Source: Nitrospirota bacterium (lineage in GTDB: Bacteria; Nitrospirota; UBA9217). Taken from it: a stretch of DNA of 64,000 nucleotides. Positions 30,421 to 41,635 of this stretch are shown here, in pieces. Positions within the stretch are counted from its first letter, which is position 1. Each line of letters starts with the position of its first letter. Made by a program: the position numbers and the translations under genes. The DNA lies in NCBI GenBank assembly GCA_963845065.1, contig CAWJQQ010000001.1, forward strand, positions 160,001 to 224,000. The letters run 5' to 3'. Under the pieces are notes generated by a model. The model was not told the origin of the DNA and made no database searches. It was given only the letters and a program-made list of their open reading frames with translations.

Positions 30421-30480
30421 AACTTCAAATGGAATTATTCTTATTCCCGGCGATTATGGCTCTCTGGCCTACACCTACAA
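30421..30480 (+). repeat. Intergenic motif family, copy f
   Basis: AACTTCAA at 30421 and CACCTACAA (CTACAA at 30475). Confidence 0.55.
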
Positions 30481-30626
30481 GGTTGCAACGGTGTTGACGA
30501 AAAGTCAATGCGGAATACTGGTAGAAATCGCGCATACCTGCCAGGTGGATCGATTCCTCATTGGGCGACAATTTTATTGCATATTCTTATTAATATATAC
30601 AGAGTACAGGCAAAAAGTATCATAAA

Positions 30627-30656
30627 AAATCTTTATTAAATCTTTATTTTTTTTGC
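30627..30656 (+). promoter_or_regulatory. Candidate KdpE-type T-rich operator
   Basis: AAATCTTTATT x2 at an 11-nt period, followed by a T-tract, upstream of kdp. Confidence 0.45.
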
Positions 30657-30721
30657 CTCATTCTTAGCAGCAATTTAACGCCGGTTATGATTATATATGC
30701 TGATGAAAGGGAGGGAGACTC

Positions 30722-30802
30722 ATGGATATCCTGTTTATCGGCATCACGATTGTGCTCTTTGTAGCAAGCTGGTTTTTAGTAAAACTTGTTGAGCGAGTCT
30801 AG
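30722..30802 (+). CDS. 26-aa membrane peptide upstream of kdpF
   Basis: MDILFIGITIVLFVASWFLVKLVERV*; RBS GGAGGGAG. Confidence 0.7.
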   Translation: MDILFIGITIVLFVASWFLVKLVERV

Positions 30803-30814
30803 GAGGAGGGAAGA

Positions 30815-30907
30815 ATGGAACTGTTCTACTGGATTGGCGGCATTCTTGCCGCAGGGTTGTTGGTGTATCTCTTAATAGCGCTTCTCAAACCGGAGGCATT
30901 GTCATGA
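30815..30907 (+). CDS. kdpF: KdpF
   Basis: MELFYWIGGILAAGLLVYLLIALLKPEALS*; ATGA overlap with kdpA. Confidence 0.9.
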   Translation: MELFYWIGGILAAGLLVYLLIALLKPEALS

Positions 30908-32706
30908 CTGGCAACGATATTGTGCAAATAATTTTATATTTCGTCGTTTTGTTGCTTCTCGCGAAACCGCTCGGCGTCTACATGGCGCGGGTTTACGAAG
31001 GTAAGACTTCGGGCCTGGACCGCGTGCTCGGACCTGTTGAGCGGTTGTTTTACCGGATTTGCGGCATCAAACCTGAAGAGGAAATGAGCTGGCAAAAATA
31101 CACCGGCGCACTGCTTATCTTCAGCGCAGCAGGATTCTTCTTAGTCTATTTCCTGCAGCGCTTACAGGGGTTCCTGCCTCTGAATCCGCAAAAGTTCCCG
31201 GCCGTATCACCTGATTCATCCTTTAATACGGCGGTAAGCTTTATTACGAACACCAACTGGCAGGGGTATGGCGGCGAAACAACGATGAGCTATCTTTCCC
31301 AGATGGCCGGACTGGGAGTGCAGAATTTTCTGTCCGCTGCAGTGGGCATGGCCGTTCTCGTTGCCCTGATCCGGGGGATCAAGAGACACTCAGCAGAGAC
31401 CATCGGGAACTTCTGGTTCGATCTTACCCGCTCCACGCTTTACATTCTGATGCCCCTTGCGCTGATTTATTCACTGCTGCTCGTGTCTCAGGGTGTTGTT
31501 CAGACCTTCAGCGAATATAAGACTGTTTCGCTTACCCAGAGCGTCACCTATGATAACCCGAAGCTCGATGCCCAAGGCAACCCGGTCAAGGATGAAAAGG
31601 GCAATCCCGTGACCGAGAAAGCGGAGATGAAAGAGCAGACCATACCGCTAGGCCCCGCTGCATCGCAGATCGCGATCAAGCAGCTCGGCACGAACGGCGG
31701 CGGATTCTTCAATGTGAATTCGTCCCATCCCTTCGAGAATCCGACAGCGTTCTCCAATTTTCTTGAGGTTCTGGCGATCCTGCTAATACCCGCCGCATTT
31801 TGTATCACCTTCGGCAAGATGGTTGGAGATAAGCGCCAGGGCTGGGCACTGCTTTCCGCAATGGTCCTGGTCCTCGTTATTCTGATGGCTTTATGTACCT
31901 GGAGCGAGCAGGGTGGCAATCCACGCTTCGCATCCATCGGTATCGATCAACAGGCAAGTAACATGCAGCCCGGCGGTAACATGGAAGGGAAAGAAGCGCG
32001 TTTCGGCATCGTTGATTCCGCGATCTGGGCCACAGCGACCACAGCAGCCTCTAACGGCTCGGTCAATTCCATGCATGATTCCTTCACACCCATGGGAGGC
32101 CTCTACCCGCTGGTACTGATACAGTTTGGAGAGGTGATCTTCGGAGGTGTGGGCTCCGGGCTTTACGGCATGCTGATCATGGCCATTATTACGGTTTTCA
32201 TAGCAGGCCTCATGGTCGGACGCACACCGGAGTATCTGGGCAAGAAGATCGAGATGTTCGAGATGAAGATGGCATCGATCTCTGTGCTGGTCGTGAATGC
32301 GCTGGTCAAGATCGGCACGGCTGTCGGGGTTGCGACTACAGCGGGCGTAGCGGGAGTAGCGAACCCTGGTCCGCATGGATTTTCCGAGATCCTCTACGCC
32401 TTCTCGTCTGCAGCGAACAACAACGGCAGTGCCTTTGCAGGTTTAAACGCCAATACGTTCTTCTATAACACTGCACTCGGGCTAACCATGTTCCTTGGCC
32501 GATTCTGGGTAATCATCCCTGTGCTTGCCATTGCCGGTTCGCTTGCGAAGAAGAAGCAGGTCCCTGCGGGTCTGGGAACGCTGCCAACCCATACACCCTT
32601 GTTCGTAGCGCTATTGATCGGGGTCATTGTGATTATCGGAGCGTTGACGTTCATGCCGGCCTGGGCCTTGGGGCCGATTGCGGAACATATGATGGCCGTA
32701 CGATAG
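30904..32706 (+). CDS. kdpA: K+-transporting ATPase subunit A
   Basis: NTNWQGY, KQLGTNGGGF, SNGSVNSMHDS and NNGSAFAGL. Confidence 0.97.
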   Translation: MTGNDIVQIILYFVVLLLLAKPLGVYMARVYEGKTSGLDRVLGPVERLFYRICGIKPEEEMSWQKYTGALLIFSAAGFFLVYFLQRLQGFLPLNPQKFPAVSPDSSFNTAVSFITNTNWQGYGGETTMSYLSQMAGLGVQNFLSAAVGMAVLVALIRGIKRHSAETIGNFWFDLTRSTLYILMPLALIYSLLLVSQGVVQTFSEYKTVSLTQSVTYDNPKLDAQGNPVKDEKGNPVTEKAEMKEQTIPLGPAASQIAIKQLGTNGGGFFNVNSSHPFENPTAFSNFLEVLAILLIPAAFCITFGKMVGDKRQGWALLSAMVLVLVILMALCTWSEQGGNPRFASIGIDQQASNMQPGGNMEGKEARFGIVDSAIWATATTAASNGSVNSMHDSFTPMGGLYPLVLIQFGEVIFGGVGSGLYGMLIMAIITVFIAGLMVGRTPEYLGKKIEMFEMKMASISVLVVNALVKIGTAVGVATTAGVAGVANPGPHGFSEILYAFSSAANNNGSAFAGLNANTFFYNTALGLTMFLGRFWVIIPVLAIAGSLAKKKQVPAGLGTLPTHTPLFVALLIGVIVIIGALTFMPAWALGPIAEHMMAVR

Positions 32707-32731
32707 CAAGAACTATTGAGGAGGGATGACA

Positions 32732-34807
32732 ATGAGCAGTAAATCGAAAAAACGATCGCTCTTTCAACCGACGATCGTAAAAAAAGCACTATGGGATTCG
32801 TTTAGAAAATTGAATCCTGTACACCAGATCAAGAACCCTGTCATGTTTGTCGTGGAAGTCGGCAGTATTTTGACGACGCTCCTGTTCATTCACGCAGCAT
32901 TCACGGGAAAAGGCGAGGCGTCTCCTTCCTTCATCCTGCAGATATCCATCTGGCTCTGGATAACGGTGCTTTTCGCCAATTTCGCCGAATCCATGGCAGA
33001 GGGTCGCGGTAAGGCACAGGCCGAATCGCTTCGCAAAACACGGCGTGACGTGATGGCCAAACGCCTGGCGAAGCCGAAACCTGATGCAGAGGTCACGAAA
33101 ATCGCCTCATCTCAGCTCAAAAAGGGTGATGTCGTTCTCGTAGAGGCAGGCGACGTCATCCCGATGGACGGAGAAATCATCGAAGGTGTTGCATCGGTCA
33201 ATGAAAGCGCCGTGACTGGCGAGAGCGCACCAGTGATCCGAGAAAGCGGCGGAGACCGGAGCGCGGTCACGGGTGGGACCACGGTCCTGTCCGACTGGCT
33301 TGTGGTTCGCATCACGACGAGCCCGGGAGAGACGTTCCTCGACCGCATGATTGCAATGGTGGAAGGCGCAAAGCGCCAGAAGACGCCGAATGAGATCGCC
33401 CTTGACATCCTTCTCGCTGGGATGACGATTGTGTTCCTGCTCGTATGCGTGACGCTTCTTCCCTATTCCCTCTTCAGCGTCAAGGCAGCTGGCCAGGGCA
33501 CTCCGGTCACCATTACCGTACTTGTTGCGCTTCTCGTATGTCTCATCCCGACCACGATCGGCGGCCTGCTTTCCGCCATCGGCATCGCAGGCATGGACCG
33601 GATGATCCAGGCAAATGTCATCGCCACGTCGGGACGGGCCGTGGAAGCAGCCGGAGACGTTGACGTGCTACTGCTCGATAAAACCGGCACCATAACCCTT
33701 GGAAACCGGCAGGCCACGGAGTTTATCCCTGCGCCAGGAGTGCATGTAGGAGCACTTGCCGATGCAGCACAGCTCGCCTCATTAGCAGATGAAACTCCTG
33801 AAGGAAGAAGCATCGTGGTCCTTGCAAAAGATAAGTACAGCCTCCGCGCCCGGGATATGCAAAGCATCAAGGCGGAGTTTGTCCCGTTCACTGCCCAGAC
33901 CCGGATGAGCGGGGTAAACCTCGACAATCGGGAAGTCCGCAAGGGCGCTGCCGACGCAGTTGAAAACTACGTTAAGAAGAAGGGTGGAGCATTCCCTCCC
34001 GATGTTCGCTTGATCGTGGACGACATTGCCAAACAGGGCGCAACGCCGCTCGTGGTTGCCGAAGGAAATAAAGTGCTCGGCGTCATCCGGTTGAACGATA
34101 TTGTCAAGGGCGGGATCAAGGAACGCTTTGCCGAGATGCGAAAGATGGGAATCAAAACAGTCATGATCACCGGTGACAACCCGCTCACCGCTGCCGCGGT
34201 TGCGGCCGAGGCTGGAGTGGACGATTTTCTGGCAGAGGCGACACCGGAGGCAAAGCTCAAGCTGATCCGCGACCACCAAAAAGGCGGGAGGCTCGTTGCC
34301 ATGACCGGAGACGGCACGAATGACGCGCCCGCGCTTGCCCAAGCGGACGTGGCCGTGGCAATGCACACCGGGACCCAGGCCGCGAAGGAAGCAGGCAACC
34401 TGATAGACCTCGATTCCAACCCTACGAAGCTCATTCAAATAGTCGAGATCGGGAAGCAGCTCTTGATGACCCGTGGCACGCTCACGACCTTCAGCATCGC
34501 AAATGATGTAGCGAAATATTTCGCCATTTTGCCTGCTGCGTTCATCTCCATCTATCCTGCGTTAGGGGCGCTCAATATCATGGGCCTTGCAACGCCACAG
34601 AGCGCTGTATTGTCTGCTGTGATCTTTAACGCGCTTATCATTATTTTCCTTGTTCCTTTGGCCCTTCGCGGCGTGAAATACCGCCCTCTCGGCGCGTCGG
34701 TAGTCTTACGAAATAACGCTCTGATTTACGGCGTTGGCGGGCTCATCGTGCCGTTTATCGGCATTAAGCTAGTCGATATGATTATAACGGCATTGCATAT
34801 TGTTTAA
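32732..34807 (+). CDS. kdpB: K+-transporting ATPase subunit B
   Basis: TGES, DKTGTIT, TGDN and [10 protein letters not shown]. Confidence 0.97.
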   Translation: MSSKSKKRSLFQPTIVKKALWDSFRKLNPVHQIKNPVMFVVEVGSILTTLLFIHAAFTGKGEASPSFILQISIWLWITVLFANFAESMAEGRGKAQAESLRKTRRDVMAKRLAKPKPDAEVTKIASSQLKKGDVVLVEAGDVIPMDGEIIEGVASVNESAVTGESAPVIRESGGDRSAVTGGTTVLSDWLVVRITTSPGETFLDRMIAMVEGAKRQKTPNEIALDILLAGMTIVFLLVCVTLLPYSLFSVKAAGQGTPVTITVLVALLVCLIPTTIGGLLSAIGIAGMDRMIQANVIATSGRAVEAAGDVDVLLLDKTGTITLGNRQATEFIPAPGVHVGALADAAQLASLADETPEGRSIVVLAKDKYSLRARDMQSIKAEFVPFTAQTRMSGVNLDNREVRKGAADAVENYVKKKGGAFPPDVRLIVDDIAKQGATPLVVAEGNKVLGVIRLNDIVKGGIKERFAEMRKMGIKTVMITGDNPLTAAAVAAEAGVDDFLAEATPEAKLKLIRDHQKGGRLVAMTGDGTNDAPALAQADVAVAMHTGTQAAKEAGNLIDLDSNPTKLIQIVEIGKQLLMTRGTLTTFSIANDVAKYFAILPAAFISIYPALGALNIMGLATPQSAVLSAVIFNALIIIFLVPLALRGVKYRPLGASVVLRNNALIYGVGGLIVPFIGIKLVDMIITALHIV

Positions 34808-34826
34808 TTAATTTGAGGAGATTGAA

Positions 34827-35996
34827 ATGAAAAAAATGGGTTCTATTCTAGGCTTGAAAATCGGCTTGATGATATTCTGCGGCATGGTGGCACTGGCGGT
34901 GCCAGTATTCGCAGAAGATGCTAAGCCGGCGGCACCGGTAGTGAGCGCCGATGACATCAAAAAAGCACTCGGTATCAGCTTCTACGTTCAGGGCGGCTAT
35001 ACGTACAATGGGAACGCCAGCAACGGCGCTACCCAGGACTCGGTTAACGATTTGAGGGTGTTCGACCACGATGCTAACAGCTTTACGCTCGACCTTGCCC
35101 AGATCCTAATCTCGAAGGATACGCCAACTCCGGGCAACGTCGGCTACAGAATCAAGCTTTCCACGGGCGAGACGGCAAAGTGGATCCATGCGCGGGGCAT
35201 GAGCGGCGCAGCCCTGAACCAGCCCCAGTCCGGCGAGGGGACCGATACATTTGACGTGACTGAGGCATATGTGAGCTATATGTCGCCGATCGGCAGTGGC
35301 CTCAGGTTCGATCTTGGCAAGATGGTCACATATTTCGGCGCTGAAGTGATCGAGGCAATCGACAACCCGAACTATTCCCGGTCGTTCCTGTTCAACTATG
35401 CAGTTCCGTTCACGCATACTGGCCTCAAGATGAGCTATGGCATTACCGATGCCTTAAGCGCAAGCTTGTATGTCGTCAACGGATGGGACAATGCAGAAGA
35501 CAACAACTCCGGAAAGTCTCTAGGCGTCAGCATCGGCTATGCACCTTCGGACATCTTTTCAGGGAACGTCAACTACATGTCCGGACCCGAGCAGGATAGC
35601 AACACCCACGATATCCGGCAGCTGGTTGATCTGATTGCCACGATCAAGCCGATAAAGCCACTATCATTCATATTGAACTATGATAACGGAAACGAGCAAG
35701 ACGCCGTCCCATCAGGCACGGCAAAGTGGTCGGGTTTTGCCGGCATCGTGAAGTACGACTTTAACGATACCTACAGCCTGTCGCTCAGAGGCGAGGAATT
35801 CGACGACCCGCAGGGCTTCAGGACCGGCACACAGCAGAGCCTGGCAGAATTGACGGTGACGCCGGAAATCCGAGTACCCGGTGGCCTGATCGTACGGCCG
35901 GAATACCGCCATGACACATCTAACGAGAAGTCCTTTGACAATGAAACGAAGAAGTCCCAGGACACCATCGCCTTGGGCGCCATGTATAGATGGTAA
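34827..35996 (+). CDS. Outer-membrane beta-barrel porin (BBP2/OmpL-like)
   Basis: Signal peptide; YSRSFLF..PFTHTG, NGWD and PEYRHD; ends in aromatic YRW. Confidence 0.85.
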   Translation: MKKMGSILGLKIGLMIFCGMVALAVPVFAEDAKPAAPVVSADDIKKALGISFYVQGGYTYNGNASNGATQDSVNDLRVFDHDANSFTLDLAQILISKDTPTPGNVGYRIKLSTGETAKWIHARGMSGAALNQPQSGEGTDTFDVTEAYVSYMSPIGSGLRFDLGKMVTYFGAEVIEAIDNPNYSRSFLFNYAVPFTHTGLKMSYGITDALSASLYVVNGWDNAEDNNSGKSLGVSIGYAPSDIFSGNVNYMSGPEQDSNTHDIRQLVDLIATIKPIKPLSFILNYDNGNEQDAVPSGTAKWSGFAGIVKYDFNDTYSLSLRGEEFDDPQGFRTGTQQSLAELTVTPEIRVPGGLIVRPEYRHDTSNEKSFDNETKKSQDTIALGAMYRW

Positions 35997-36020
35997 GGAA
36001 TTGAACTATCGGAGGGATCA

Positions 36021-36593
36021 ATGACTACAATAATTCGCAATTCGCTCATGTCCGTACTGCTGTTCACGATCCTCACGGGGATCATCTATCCCCTTGCAGT
36101 GACCGGGATCGTTCAAGTGATATTCCCGCGGCAGGCAAACGGGAGCATTATCACGAAGAACGGCAAAGCCGTCGGGTCCAAGCTGATCGGCCAGCAGTTC
36201 GATGACCCGAAATTTTTCTGGGGAAGGTTGTCGGCAACAATGCCATATCCCTACAATGGTGGATCTTCTACGGGCTCCAATCTCGGCCCTAACAACCCTG
36301 ATCTCATTAAGGCTGTGCAGGCGCGTATAGATGCTCTGCATGCAGCCGATCCAGGGAATAACGCGAAGATACCCGTTGATCTGGTCACTGCTTCCGGTAG
36401 CGGGCTTGATCCGCATATCAGCCTTGCTGCTGCTGAATATCAGATACGCCGAGTGGCAAAGGCCCGAGGACTCGAGGATGCCAAGATCCGCGATATCGTT
36501 GCCAATAATACCACGGGACCTTGGCTCGGTTTGATCGGCGAACCGGCGGTCAATGTTCTTGAGTTGAACTTGGCGCTCGACGAGCAAAAATAA
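36021..36593 (+). CDS. kdpC: K+-transporting ATPase subunit C
   Basis: QANGS, GSKLIGQ, TASGSGLDPHIS and VNVLELNLALD. Confidence 0.97.
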   Translation: MTTIIRNSLMSVLLFTILTGIIYPLAVTGIVQVIFPRQANGSIITKNGKAVGSKLIGQQFDDPKFFWGRLSATMPYPYNGGSSTGSNLGPNNPDLIKAVQARIDALHAADPGNNAKIPVDLVTASGSGLDPHISLAAAEYQIRRVAKARGLEDAKIRDIVANNTTGPWLGLIGEPAVNVLELNLALDEQK

Positions 36594-36609
36594 CTGCAGA
36601 GAATAAAAC

Positions 36610-36999
36610 ATGAAAAAGATTGGAAAGCTTATTGTTGTTCTGCTGATCTCATACATGGGACTACCTCAGCTCGCTCATGCAGTTTCCTGGTCTCCCCTCC
36701 AAGAGGAATATGAAGAGAACGCTGCAAAGGGAATCATGGGAAAGGGCACCATCGTATGCCTGTTTCAGAGTGGGACGCCGGACGTAAAGATGGCGATCAA
36801 CACAAATGATATTCTTACAGTTTACCGCGAAAGTACGTCCCATGAACTTATGGAAGTAGGAAAGATCAAGGTGCTTTCTTATGTGAGGGAAGATTATTTA
36901 AAAGGCAAGGTCGTTGAAGGTGAGATCAAGGCCGGTGACATCGCGAAAAAGGGCGATGTTGCAAGCCTCATCATATCGTCAGGAGACAAGTGTAACTAG
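36610..36999 (+). CDS. Exported hypothetical protein, last gene of the kdp operon
   Basis: Signal peptide (LAHA); 16 nt after kdpC; followed by a terminator. Confidence 0.7.
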   Translation: MKKIGKLIVVLLISYMGLPQLAHAVSWSPLQEEYEENAAKGIMGKGTIVCLFQSGTPDVKMAINTNDILTVYRESTSHELMEVGKIKVLSYVREDYLKGKVVEGEIKAGDIAKKGDVASLIISSGDKCN

Positions 37000-37050
37000 T
37001 TCAATCTATAGCGATCGCTGATATATAGTAAAAAACACGTTACCCCATGC

Positions 37051-37079
37051 GGGGCCCCTCTGTAGGGCCCCTTTTTTTT
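37051..37079 (+). terminator. Intrinsic terminator
   Basis: GGGGCCC-loop-GGGCCCC followed by T8. Confidence 0.85.
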
Positions 37080-37528
37080 GCTCACTCGATATAACGTTTA
37101 AGAGTGTAGTTACAGACCTGTACATCGTCAAGTTGGTTTCATAATAGATACTTCAGTGGAAGGCCAAATTATCTGGTTGTGATCAGTACGTAACCTGATT
37201 CGCGAAACGGTTTTCTCAATGAAGGATCATCAATTTTAATTTGATTTTAGAATTATTTAAAATAAAGATTTCTGATATACTAAACTTTTAAACCATGGTC
37301 GCAAAGGCTAGAAGAAGGGCATTTTCAAGAGTCATTATCATTTGCATGTGTGATCTTAAAAGTTCGTTGTGCAAGAATGCACCATTGTATGCTGCTCTTT
37401 TATTAACAACAACGAATATGTACTACAATACCAAAATCGAACAAAGGTTATTTAATTTCGTCTCACTATTCTTTACATTCTGTGAAAAATTGTATTCTTA
37501 ACTAAACAAATAACATTGGCTCGTCGTT

Positions 37529-37817
37529 ATGATTACGTACATTCTCCTCATAATATTTTTGCCTGATCCTGCTCCTCCCCATGCTCGTGAAGAAAGTCGA
37601 GCATAACCTAGAACTGTTCCTGCTCGTTGTCGGTTCCCTTACTCTTGTGCTCTCTCACCTGATGGGGCCGGAACCGCTTTTGACCATGCGGCTCATTGAG
37701 TCCGCTTTTTTCGCACCCATAAAGTGACCATTGCCACCCTGGTATTCGGCCTCGCCTTCCGGGCGATACGCGAACCGATGAAGAAGATGATAGTTGCAAT
37801 CGAGGATCGGCTCGTAA
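37529..37817 (+). pseudogene. DUF1646-like membrane protein N-terminal fragment
   Basis: LILLLPMLVKKVEHNLELFL; two frameshifts, then truncated. Confidence 0.6.
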
Positions 37818-37829
37818 CAGCCTGCTGCG

Positions 37830-38008
37830 GGCCTTTCAAAGGCAGGACAAACGTCATGAGCGCCAGAATGCCTCCCTCTCCCTGGTTGTCTGCCCGCAGA
37901 ACGAGAGTGAGATACTTGACACTTACGACCAAAATTAATGACCAGAAAATAAGAGAAAGCACTCCTAACACATTACCTAGCGTCGGCAGAACCGCATGAG
38001 GGCCCCAC
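37830..38008 (-). pseudogene. kup: Kup K+ transporter internal fragment
   Basis: [39 protein letters not shown]. Confidence 0.85.
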
Positions 38009-38229
38009 TCAGCAACATCCTACCATTGCCGCAGTTTCTTTACGTTTTACGGTGTCAGTTCTCGACTGCACCAGCCAGCCATCTGGATTAAGGTTTCGCT
38101 GGTTATGCGCAGTTCTTAGCATGACCCTTTCCCCGCTGAGCGGGGACCAGAAAATCTTCGGCTCCTTGCCGCGCCCAATATTATGGCGATAGTGCGACAT
38201 ACTGGTTGTAATATATACTGACCGTGTTA

Positions 38230-38976
38230 TCAATACCGCGTCGATTCAACAGACTTTAGCAACCTTTCCCGCATGCTAACCAGTTGTTCCACTTCCATTG
38301 ATGCGGGATTATTGAATACGTCCTTCGGCGTACCTGATTGTGCAACACTGCCGTGAGCATATACAATAATCTTATCCGCCATTGAATACGCTTCGAATAC
38401 ATCATGTGTAACAAAGACTGTCGGGATTGGAAACTCTCGGTGGATCGCTTTAAGAAAATACTGCATCTCTGCTCGAAGCGGATTATCGAGTGCAGAAAAG
38501 GGTTCATCAAGAAGCAATACGCCCGGCCTTCTGATGAGTGCGCGTGCAAGCGCAACACGCTGTTTCTGTCCGCCCGATATCTCAGAAGGATATTTTTTCT
38601 CAATTTCTGTAATTTTGAACCTTTCGATCATATTGTCTGCTCGTTGGTCACGTTCAACCTTAGACAAACCATGCGCGCCGTAGAGTATGTTCTCTCGTAT
38701 CGTCATATGCGGAAACAGCGCTAGGTCCTGGAAGACATACCCGCAAGATCGTTCTTGGGATGGCAGGTTTCTGCCAGCCGAACTGTCAAAAAATGTTTTT
38801 TCGTTTAGATTAATAAAACCATGGTCCGGCGAGAGCAGACCTGCGATCATTTGGAGCGTCAGGGTTTTGCCGGCACCGGATCTACCGAAGAGCACAGTTA
38901 GCTCATTACCGATCTCCCACTCTGAATCGAGAGAAAAACCATTCAGTTTCTTTTTTACTTTAACTGATAGCCCCAT
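38230..38976 (-). CDS. modC: Molybdate ABC transporter ATPase
   Basis: GRSGAGKT, SGGQKQR and LLLDEPF. Confidence 0.92.
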   Translation of the reverse strand: MGLSVKVKKKLNGFSLDSEWEIGNELTVLFGRSGAGKTLTLQMIAGLLSPDHGFINLNEKTFFDSSAGRNLPSQERSCGYVFQDLALFPHMTIRENILYGAHGLSKVERDQRADNMIERFKITEIEKKYPSEISGGQKQRVALARALIRRPGVLLLDEPFSALDNPLRAEMQYFLKAIHREFPIPTVFVTHDVFEAYSMADKIIVYAHGSVAQSGTPKDVFNNPASMEVEQLVSMRERLLKSVESTRY

Positions 38977-39642
38977 CTACAATATCCGCCTGCTCAGTTT
39001 ACTTGCAACGTACAAAAAAAGTCCTGAAAACAAAGTGAACACAATAACCATGATGGTTGCCTGGGATCTGTCGCCGCCGGCTGTCGCGGAATATATGGCC
39101 AACGGCATGGTGTTCGTTCTTCCAGGAATGTTCCCGGCAATCATCAATGTCGCGCCAAACTCGCCCATAGCGCGGGCAAAGGACAGGATCGTACCGGCAA
39201 TTATGCCTTTCTTTGCCAGCGGCAGAATCACTTTGATGGTGGTCCAGTATTCAGAGTGTCCAAGCGTGTAGGAAGCACGGATGAGGTTTTCATCCACGGA
39301 TTCGATAGCGGCCCGTGCCGTCTTCACCATCAGCGGCAGTGCTACCACAAACGATGCAAGCACCGCGGCGTACCAGGTGAACATGATACTCCACCCGGTC
39401 CAGGCATACAAATGCCGTCCTAGAAGCCCGTTCCTGCCGAAGAGGACGATGAGGTAATAACCCGTGACTGTCGGCGGCAGTACGAGCGGTAGCGTAAGAA
39501 GTATATCGAGCAGCTCCTTGCCGAGGAAGTCTTTACGCGACAGGACGTAGGCAGCAGAAAGGCCGACGATCACGACAAACATTGTCGCGACCGCTGCCAC
39601 CTGCACGGAAAGTTTCAGCGAGAACAACAGGGAATCATCCAT
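38977..39642 (-). CDS. modB: Molybdate ABC permease
   Basis: LPLVLPPTVTG and FARAMGEFGAT. Confidence 0.95.
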   Translation of the reverse strand: MDDSLLFSLKLSVQVAAVATMFVVIVGLSAAYVLSRKDFLGKELLDILLTLPLVLPPTVTGYYLIVLFGRNGLLGRHLYAWTGWSIMFTWYAAVLASFVVALPLMVKTARAAIESVDENLIRASYTLGHSEYWTTIKVILPLAKKGIIAGTILSFARAMGEFGATLMIAGNIPGRTNTMPLAIYSATAGGDRSQATIMVIVFTLFSGLFLYVASKLSRRIL

Positions 39643-39676
39643 TTATATGGCTCCTGTTCTCTCCGGGGGCAAAGGA

Positions 39677-40465
39677 CTACTTTACCGGCACTATCGGCTG
39701 AAATCCATAATTGGAGAGAATTTTTTTGCCTTCGTCAGAAGTAACCAGGGCTATGAAGCTCCGTGCAGCTCTATCGTTCTTTGATCCTTTAACGACGGCA
39801 ATGGGGTAGATGATGGGTTTATGGCTCGCTTCAGGCGCGGTCACAATGATCTTGACCTCTTGTTGCTTCACCATCGCATCAGTTGAGTAGACGACACCGG
39901 CATCCACTTCACCCCGAGCTACGTAATCAAGCACCTGCCTCACGTTCTCTGCGAGAATAAGCTTAGGTTGAATGATATCAGATATTTTATAATATTGAAA
40001 TGTTTCGGCAGAATATCTGCCGACCGGAACGGTTTTCGGATTACCAATGGCAATCTTCTGTATTTCTGCCTTTTTCAGGTCTTCAAATGAGGTAAGGGTG
40101 ATCTTCGAGGATGAGGGGACGATAAGGACTACGGAATTCGAGACAAAATTTGTTCTTGTCTCCTTCACGACAAAACCCGCATTGTCGAGGTCGTCCATGT
40201 CTTTGAGAGCGGCAGAGGCAAAGACATCGACGGGAGCACCGCCCTTGATCTGCGTCATCAGGTCGCCCGATGCGCCGAGGTTGAACGTGACCTTGCTGCC
40301 AATATTCTTGGACTCATAAAGCTTTCCTATTTCCTCAAAAGCGTTTTTTAAGCTGATTGCCGCTGACACCGTTATTTCCGTTGTTGGTTCGGCATGAGTG
40401 GATGCGACAGGCAGAACAACCGCAAAAAACGATATAAGCAGCATCACAGCAATTTTATTCATCAT
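39677..40465 (-). CDS. modA: Molybdate-binding protein
   Basis: SAAISL, GASG, PVGRY and NVRQVL...VYSTD. Confidence 0.95.
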   Translation of the reverse strand: MMNKIAVMLLISFFAVVLPVASTHAEPTTEITVSAAISLKNAFEEIGKLYESKNIGSKVTFNLGASGDLMTQIKGGAPVDVFASAALKDMDDLDNAGFVVKETRTNFVSNSVVLIVPSSSKITLTSFEDLKKAEIQKIAIGNPKTVPVGRYSAETFQYYKISDIIQPKLILAENVRQVLDYVARGEVDAGVVYSTDAMVKQQEVKIIVTAPEASHKPIIYPIAVVKGSKNDRAARSFIALVTSDEGKKILSNYGFQPIVPVK

Positions 40466-40530
40466 GATTCCCTCTCCTTTGTTGGTCGTCTCTGATGTGA
40501 TAAAATATAATTATAATGTCCCGACTGAAA

Positions 40531-40872
40531 TCAATATTGTTTGCAGCGTTCTTCAAGAATCGATGACCAGACAGTCCCAAATTTCTGCCAATACCAGCTA
40601 ACTGAATCGTCACCTAAGCGTGTCAATCGAACTTTGTTTGAGTCCGCACAGCTTCTGTTGAATTCAACTAGCGGTTCCCGGAAGGATCCGATCATGTCCT
40701 CCGAGAGCTCTCTTGCATGATCCGAATCAACGCCTGCGGCCTGCGCAGCTTGTGAAAGCACCCCTAGTCTTCGTATCTCATCGAGCAGCACGGCCATCCG
40801 GTATCTCAATGCCCCGCCTTCAGTTTCAGCTATAACGCAGCAACTTGGTGGCTCCAAGCATGTCACGTTCAT
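40531..40872 (-). CDS. Degenerate ModE-like winged-helix protein
   Basis: LLDEIRRLGVLSQAAQAAGV...EPLVE...VRLTRLG aligns by eye to the ModE N-domain. Confidence 0.6.
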   Translation of the reverse strand: MNVTCLEPPSCCVIAETEGGALRYRMAVLLDEIRRLGVLSQAAQAAGVDSDHARELSEDMIGSFREPLVEFNRSCADSNKVRLTRLGDDSVSWYWQKFGTVWSSILEERCKQY

Positions 40873-40920
40873 GGTCTCATCCTCTCTTTGATTATTCTGA
40901 GCACATGATAACGTTTGAAA

Positions 40921-40938
40921 TAGCAAAGTCGCTGCCAA
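40921..40938 (-). promoter_or_regulatory. sigma54 promoter for the mod operon
   Basis: TTGGCAGCGACTTTGCTA (GG-N10-GC). Confidence 0.75.
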
Positions 40939-41290
40939 ATGGTTATATCTTAGTTTTCAACGTATTCCGGGAGAGTGGAAAAACTACGAATGATCAGAAA
41001 ATGATCATCTGCATTTAACTGATGCACTTACGCTTGGCCGATTTAAAAAAAATAAGGGCTGTGTAGAAAAATTCTAGCAGCTAATTTCACATCAAAATAA
41101 ACGTTTCCAGATCTTCCAATCCGATATGAAATAGTAAACACAGCAATGCTGAAGATAAGAATTTCAACAACTATCATGAGTTGCCCTCACTATGCAACGC
41201 GGCAAGGTCCCTACTAATATTTTTCAAAGATACAAACCAACCCTCTATAGGCACCGCATTTCACATAAGTGCCTACTATAGCTTAACAGC

Positions 41291-41635
41291 TCATTTCTTG
41301 ACAGAAAATATTTTTTGAAATTTTGCATCAATATACTGCTGGAAATCCTTTTCTAGGATTTCGAATTGTTTTACAAACTTCCTCACATCTTCGGTCAGGA
41401 CCACGCCACCTCCGTCCCTCCCTCCGGTATGGCGCTCGACTAGCTTTACGCCAAGTCGCTCTTCCATGGCCCTCAGAGCGCCCCAGGCTTTCCGAAAGGA
41501 CATGTTCATCTCACGCACAGCGCGGTTGATCGAGCCGCTTCGATCGATCGCCTCAAGAAGGAGCCTCCTGCCGCTGCCGAAGACCGGCTTGTTGTTTTCC
41601 TCAATCCAAAGCTTTGACTTGATATTCATTGGCAT
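41291..41635 (-). CDS. modE: ModE-family regulator, HTH only
   Basis: KLWIE..FGSGRRLLLEAIDRSGSI...MSFRKAW...GGRDGGG; no TOBE domains. Confidence 0.85.
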   Translation of the reverse strand: MPMNIKSKLWIEENNKPVFGSGRRLLLEAIDRSGSINRAVREMNMSFRKAWGALRAMEERLGVKLVERHTGGRDGGGVVLTEDVRKFVKQFEILEKDFQQYIDAKFQKIFSVKK

